This document shows, one piece after another, positions 59,962 to 64,000 of a stretch of 64,000 bases of DNA. The position numbers and the translations under genes are program-made. This DNA is from an uncultured Candidatus Saccharibacteria bacterium (GTDB taxonomy: Bacteria > Patescibacteriota > Minisyncoccia > Minisyncoccales > GWA2-38-27). Within the stretch, counting starts at the first letter, position 1. Every line of letters begins with the position of its first letter. The DNA lies in contig CAYUSS010000002.1 in the NCBI GenBank assembly GCA_964447515.1, forward strand, positions 11,020-75,019, given 5' to 3'. The notes beneath the pieces were generated by a model. That model did no database searches, was not told where the DNA came from, and saw nothing but the letters and a program-made list of their open reading frames with translations.

Positions 59962-60519
59962 ATGGCGATTTTGGAAATTAAAAAATTTAATGAGCCGGTT
60001 TTGAGGAAAAAGTGTAAAGAAGTTCACCCCGTTAAATCCGCCGAAGGCGGTGCGAAGCAATTTAACGGGGTAAAAAAAGTTGATAAAAAACTCAGAGAAC
60101 TTATTGTTGATATGGCTCAGACAATGGAAAAAGAGCAGGGAATTGGGTTGGCTGCTCCTCAGGTCGGGATATCAAAAAGAGTGATTACGGTGCTTAATTT
60201 GGAGAATCGGCGCATTTTAAGTTTGGTTAATCCCAAAATTTTAAAAAAGAGTCAGGAGACGGAAATAGGTGAAGAGGGATGTTTGAGTTTCCCTAATATT
60301 TTTCTAAAAATAAAAAGAGCCAAAGAAATAGAAGTTGAAGGCGTAGATATAAACGCTAAAAAGATTAAATTAAAAGCTAAAGGGCTTTTGGCTCGAGTTT
60401 TTCAGCACGAAATTGACCATTTGGACGGGATTTTATTTTTCAACCGCTTGAATTTTGCCCAGAGAATAAAATTTAAATTAAAACATCCTTCAATAATTAC
60501 AAGTGAGGGAGAAAAATGA
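59962..60519 (+). CDS. def: peptide deformylase
   Basis: GIGLAAPQVG, EGCLSFP, HEIDHLDG. An in-frame palindrome at 60025-60072 encodes HPVKSAEGGAKQFNGV. Confidence 0.92.
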   Translation: MAILEIKKFNEPVLRKKCKEVHPVKSAEGGAKQFNGVKKVDKKLRELIVDMAQTMEKEQGIGLAAPQVGISKRVITVLNLENRRILSLVNPKILKKSQETEIGEEGCLSFPNIFLKIKRAKEIEVEGVDINAKKIKLKAKGLLARVFQHEIDHLDGILFFNRLNFAQRIKFKLKHPSIITSEGEK

Positions 60520-60630
60520 AAATAAATTTTCATTTTTCGACCGAGCGCCGTAATTATATAGTAAATTGTTAAATTGACTCTATAAGAAATGTTTAAGATG
60601 TTCAACACCCGACCTTGAACACCCGAATAT

Positions 60631-61344
60631 ATGAATTTGATTGATTCTTTGATTAAAGATGGCTGGCTAAAGACGCCGAGAATAATTAAAGCTTTTCAAG
60701 AAATAAAAAGGATTGATTTTTTACCAGAAGATATTAAAAATTTAGCGGATTTAAACGAAGCTTTATCTATTGGCCATGGCCAGACAATTTCCCAACCCTT
60801 AGTGGTTGCTTTTATGATTGAACAATTACAGCCAGAACCCGGAGAAAAGATTTTAGATATTGGTTCTGGTTCTGGATGGACAACGGCTCTTTTAGCTCAG
60901 ATAGTGGGGACAGACTACAACCCGCCCACCACGTCCGAGGTGCCTGCCGAAGGCAGGAGGGTGGAGGGAGGGTTGGAATCCCACTCGCCTAAAGGCGAGC
61001 GAGCCTCTGGAAAAATTATCTCCATAGAGCTCATTCCGGAATTAAAAAAATTTGGTGAGCAAAATGTAGCAAAATATAATTTTATAGAAAAAGGGCTCGT
61101 GGAATTTATTTGTGGGGATGGTTCTAAGGGTTATAAAAAAGAAGCTCCTTTTAATAGAATCCTGGCTTCTGCCTCGGCAGAAAAAATTCCTCAATCCTGG
61201 AAAGAACAAATAAAAATCAATGGTAAGATAGTCGCTCCTATTAAATCTTCGATTTGGGTTTTAGAAAAAAAATCTAAAAGCGAATTTGAAGAAATTGAAT
61301 ATCCCGGTTTTGCTTTTGTTCCCTTAATTGAAAAAGAAAAATGA
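60631..61344 (+). CDS. pcm: protein-L-isoaspartate O-methyltransferase
   Basis: TISQPLVVAFMIE, SAM motif ILDIGSGSGWTTALLA. A ~100-bp G+C-rich palindromic insert (60907-61008) lies right after motif I. Confidence 0.85.
   Translation: MNLIDSLIKDGWLKTPRIIKAFQEIKRIDFLPEDIKNLADLNEALSIGHGQTISQPLVVAFMIEQLQPEPGEKILDIGSGSGWTTALLAQIVGTDYNPPTTSEVPAEGRRVEGGLESHSPKGERASGKIISIELIPELKKFGEQNVAKYNFIEKGLVEFICGDGSKGYKKEAPFNRILASASAEKIPQSWKEQIKINGKIVAPIKSSIWVLEKKSKSEFEEIEYPGFAFVPLIEKEK
60907..61008. repeat. G+C-rich multi-palindrome insert in frame in pcm
   Basis: Contains CCTGCC-GAA-GGCAGG, CCCACC.../...GGGTGG and CTCGCC-TAAA-GGCGAG. Encodes DYNPPTTSEVPAEGRRVEGGLESHSPKGERAS. Confidence 0.75.
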
Positions 61345-62375
61345 GAAAGTATATTTTAATTATAATGATTGTTTTATTCGGTTGTATTTTTGTTTGGGCA
61401 GGAATTTGTTTACCAAAGGAAGCCGGCTCTACTCAAGAAATAACTTTTTTAGTTAAAAAAGGCCAGGGAGCAAAAGAAATTTCCGCCCATTTGAAAGAGC
61501 AAGGTTTAATTAGATGGAGTTCGCTTTTCAGATTTTATGTTTTAGCCAAAGACATAGGAGGGAACCTTAAAGCTGGAGAATATTCACTTTCAAGAGCAAT
61601 GAATATTCCCGAAATTGTAAATAAATTTGTTTCCGGTGAGGTTATTAAAAAGGAAATCACTATAATTGAGGGCTGGAATTTAAGAGATATTGGCTGGTAT
61701 TTTGAAAATAAAGGAATGTTTCAGGCAGAAGAACTTTTTGAACTGGTTGGTTTTCCTTTAATTGATTATTCCCAGGTAAGCGACCTTCCTCAACCGGAAG
61801 ATTTTAGTAAGGAATACGATTTTTTAAAGGATAAACCCAAGAATGTAAGCCTAGAAGGTTATCTTTTTCCTGATACTTATGAGGTCTCTCCTGAAGATGG
61901 AATTGAAGAAATTATTGAGAAGATGCTTGCTAATTTTGAAAAGAAACTAACTTCAGAATTAAGAGAAGAAATCGCTTCCCAGGGAAAATCAATCTTTGAG
62001 ATAGTAATAATGGCTTCCTTGATTGAAAAAGAGGTTAGAACTTTTGAAGATAAAAAAATTGTCTCAGGTATTTTCTGGAAAAGATTAAAAATAGGAAAGC
62101 CCTTGGAATCTTGCGCTACAATAGCTTATATTTTGGGAATTAATAAATGGCGCTATTCTTTTGATGATACGAGGATTCTCTCGCCCTATAATACTTATTT
62201 AAACCGAGGGCTGCCCTTGGGGCCTATTTGTAATCCTGGTTTGGAAAGTATTTTGGTGGCAATTTATCCCAAAGATAGTCAATATCTTTATTATTTATCT
62301 ACTCCCGAAGGGAAAACGATTTTCAGTGAAACCCTAAAAAAACACAATATCGCTAAGGCAAAGTATCTAAAATGA
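61341..62375 (+). CDS. mltG: endolytic transglycosylase MltG (YceG-like)
   Basis: N-terminal TM, LEGYLFPDTY, MASLIEKEV, YNTYLNRGLPLGPICNPG. Confidence 0.9.
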   Translation: MRKYILIIMIVLFGCIFVWAGICLPKEAGSTQEITFLVKKGQGAKEISAHLKEQGLIRWSSLFRFYVLAKDIGGNLKAGEYSLSRAMNIPEIVNKFVSGEVIKKEITIIEGWNLRDIGWYFENKGMFQAEELFELVGFPLIDYSQVSDLPQPEDFSKEYDFLKDKPKNVSLEGYLFPDTYEVSPEDGIEEIIEKMLANFEKKLTSELREEIASQGKSIFEIVIMASLIEKEVRTFEDKKIVSGIFWKRLKIGKPLESCATIAYILGINKWRYSFDDTRILSPYNTYLNRGLPLGPICNPGLESILVAIYPKDSQYLYYLSTPEGKTIFSETLKKHNIAKAKYLK

Positions 62376-63037
62376 AAAAGATTTTGTTTCTAATTGTAAT
62401 GACTGCTATAATAATTATAAGTGGAGTTTTAGTTTATCAAAGTTTAATAAAAGAGGGGGAGAGAGTTTCCTCTTTCGAAAAAAATACTATGCCAGAAATT
62501 TTAGGAGATAAAAAAATATCAATAATTATTGCCTTTCGAGATTTTCGTGATGAAGAGTATTTTATTCCAAAAGGGATTTTAGAGGGAGCGGGAGCCAAGG
62601 TAACCACTGTTAGTACTAAGCCAGGAACTGCTATCGGTGCCAATGGAGGAGATGTTGAAGTTAATCTTTTACTTGAGAATTTAAATCCAGTTGATTTTGA
62701 TGCAGTAGTTTTTATTGGTGGTTCAGGATGTCTTAAAAATCTTGATAATGAAAAATCATATAGGATAATTAAAGAAACAGTTTCTCAAAATAAAGTTCTG
62801 GCTTCAATTTGCATTTCTCCGATTATTTTGGCAAAAGCTGGAGTTTTAGAAGGGAAAAAAGCAACGGTCTGGAATTCTGCTATGGATAAATCCGGAATTA
62901 AAATCTTAGAGAACTCGGGAGCAATTTTCCAATCAGATTCAGTGGTTACTGACGGAAAAATAGTTACCGCCAATGGACCCAATGCGGCTAAGGAGTTTGG
63001 CCAGGCAATAATTGAAACAATGAACAAAGAACAGTGA
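62372..63037 (+). CDS. DJ-1/PfpI family protein with N-terminal membrane anchor
   Basis: FDAVVFIGGSG and the nucleophile-elbow context LASICISPIILAKAG. Confidence 0.8.
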   Translation: MKKILFLIVMTAIIIISGVLVYQSLIKEGERVSSFEKNTMPEILGDKKISIIIAFRDFRDEEYFIPKGILEGAGAKVTTVSTKPGTAIGANGGDVEVNLLLENLNPVDFDAVVFIGGSGCLKNLDNEKSYRIIKETVSQNKVLASICISPIILAKAGVLEGKKATVWNSAMDKSGIKILENSGAIFQSDSVVTDGKIVTANGPNAAKEFGQAIIETMNKEQ

Positions 63038-63092
63038 ACAATGAAATTTTTATGTCAATATTATTGTTCGCTGTTCGTTGTTCGACAGATTA

Positions 63093-63731
63093 ATGAATAA
63101 TTTTGATTTTTTAACAAATCTTCCCATATTAGTTTTTACTTTTATTCTCTTTATTGTTTTTATTATATTTATACGTGGGGGGATTATGTTGTTAACGGCA
63201 AAGGACGATGAAGCGAGAAAAGAGAAAGGTAGTAGAATTTTATTAAATTCTCTCTATAGTTTTTTGACCGTTCTAATAATTGCTCTGGTCTTCTTTTCAG
63301 TCAGTTATTTTCTTCGAAGAGGAGAAATCTTACGACCTTCGCCGGCTCCGGGAGAATTTCCTCCCTCTCTTGCCGTTAACTTTCCTCCTCCGCCTCAATT
63401 TATCAATGTTGATGGATATTATTTTAATGGGCCCTGGTTATTAAAGAAAAATGAATTTATAGAAAAATTTGCTCTCTATTTAGTTTTGTGTAAAAAAAAT
63501 GAAGAGTATGATATAATTTATATTGGGCAAACAGAGGGAAGAGAACAGCTTTTAGAAGAAGAACAATATAAATGCTGGATAGAGAATTGTGAACAAAGTT
63601 CTAAAAATCTTTACTTAGGGGTTTTTCCAACCCCTTCAGAGAGATACGGTCCCGGGGAGAGAGAAGAAATTAAAGAAGGTTTAAGAACGCAAATTAATCC
63701 CCCCTGCCCTCCAGTTGAATCTAATATCTAA
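63093..63731 (+). CDS. hypothetical membrane protein
   Basis: Two N-terminal TM segments and a Pro-rich linker. The C-terminal segment LYLVLCKKNEEYDIIYIGQT is faintly GIY-YIG-like. Start moved to ATG 63093; the track TTG 63078 lies in the word repeat. Confidence 0.5.
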   Translation: MNNFDFLTNLPILVFTFILFIVFIIFIRGGIMLLTAKDDEARKEKGSRILLNSLYSFLTVLIIALVFFSVSYFLRRGEILRPSPAPGEFPPSLAVNFPPPPQFINVDGYYFNGPWLLKKNEFIEKFALYLVLCKKNEEYDIIYIGQTEGREQLLEEEQYKCWIENCEQSSKNLYLGVFPTPSERYGPGEREEIKEGLRTQINPPCPPVESNI

Positions 63732-63735
63732 ATTA

Positions 63736-64000
63736 ATGAACATGTCATTATTAAAAAAATTTGCATTTGAAAAAAGTTTAATTTATGTTTTGATAATAGC
63801 TGGTTTAATAGTTTTTGGATTTATATTTTTTCTGTTTTTTTCCAACCTTACAAAAAGTATCAAAATTGAAACACCTGATGGAGGTGAAGAATGGGGAATC
63901 GGACAGAGCTATAAGATTACCTGGAAGGCAAAAGGTATAAAAAAAGTTGGTATTGTTTTGTTTAAAGGAGAAGAGCCAAAATGGATTGCTAAAAATGTTT
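63736..64000 (+). CDS. hypothetical membrane-anchored protein (5' part; continues beyond window)
   Basis: Open frame from ATG 63736 to the window end with no stop. MNMSLLKKFAFEKSLIYVLIIAGLIVFGFIFFLFF... Confidence 0.55.
   Translation, partial: MNMSLLKKFAFEKSLIYVLIIAGLIVFGFIFFLFFSNLTKSIKIETPDGGEEWGIGQSYKITWKAKGIKKVGIVLFKGEEPKWIAKNV

Noticed and set aside
828-63027. The many 60-120-aa antisense or out-of-frame ORFs in the track lying inside long conserved genes. Examples are 828..1073(-), 1197..1400(-), 11305..11514(+), 16188..16391(-), 39931..40290(-), 45615..46025(+), 47173..47529(+), 52384..52719(-), 55278..55646(-), 56629..57015(-) and 62785..63027(-).
   Set aside because: Each is fully embedded in a gene with clear family motifs on the other strand or frame. 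Their low-complexity translations are typical of AT-rich antisense frames.

Overview
This is an AT-rich (about one-third G+C by eye), tightly packed bacterial chromosome segment made almost entirely of housekeeping genes. It carries the distal spc operon (rplR end, rpsE, rplO, secY, adk, map), the alpha operon (infA, rpmJ, rpsM, rpsK, rpsD, rpoA, rplQ) and rplM-rpsI. It also carries murA, two mreB paralogs, holB, frr, rseP, gatCAB, alaS, pheST, thrS, gyrB, dnaE and secE-nusG-rplK. Further genes are a dCMP-deaminase/dUTPase/tmk/thyX block, miaAB, rpmF, nusB, rnc, rpsP-khpA-trmD, rpmG, def, pcm, mltG and six tRNA genes. The gene style resembles a Patescibacteria/CPR-type reduced genome (inference only): a pilin-LamG protein, short aaRS forms, Lys-rich tails on ribosomal proteins, and rpoA without an evident CTD. 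The main candidate for something new is a ~1.7-kb G+C-rich island wedged between map and a GT2 gene (about 3976-5693). It encodes a 404-aa protein with the IS110-family (bridge-RNA recombinase) layout, but all catalytic DEDD/Ser positions look substituted. The ORF is followed by a ~420-nt multi-hairpin non-coding region ending in an intrinsic terminator. That region contains two paralogous stem-loops with the same stem and different 31-32-nt loops. A second theme is an unusual load of palindromic repeat families. Nearly every intergenic spacer carries an imperfect hairpin built from short tandem words, and several G+C-rich palindromes sit in frame inside essential genes (murA, alaS, miaB, rseP, pheT, pcm, def, trmD, rpsP, tpiA, gatA). 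Other items are: a REP-like hairpin family around a HUH/Y1 (RAYT-like) transposase, a 0.75-kb cassette inserted in the 3' end of rpmG with a diverged duplicate of the gene end, and a perfect 141-bp tandem duplication upstream of gatB. There is also a 128-bp element in inverted copies flanking a 5.3-kb segment, and two tRNAs have non-canonical loops. All calls rest on reading the sequence and the supplied ORF track. No database search or folding program was run.
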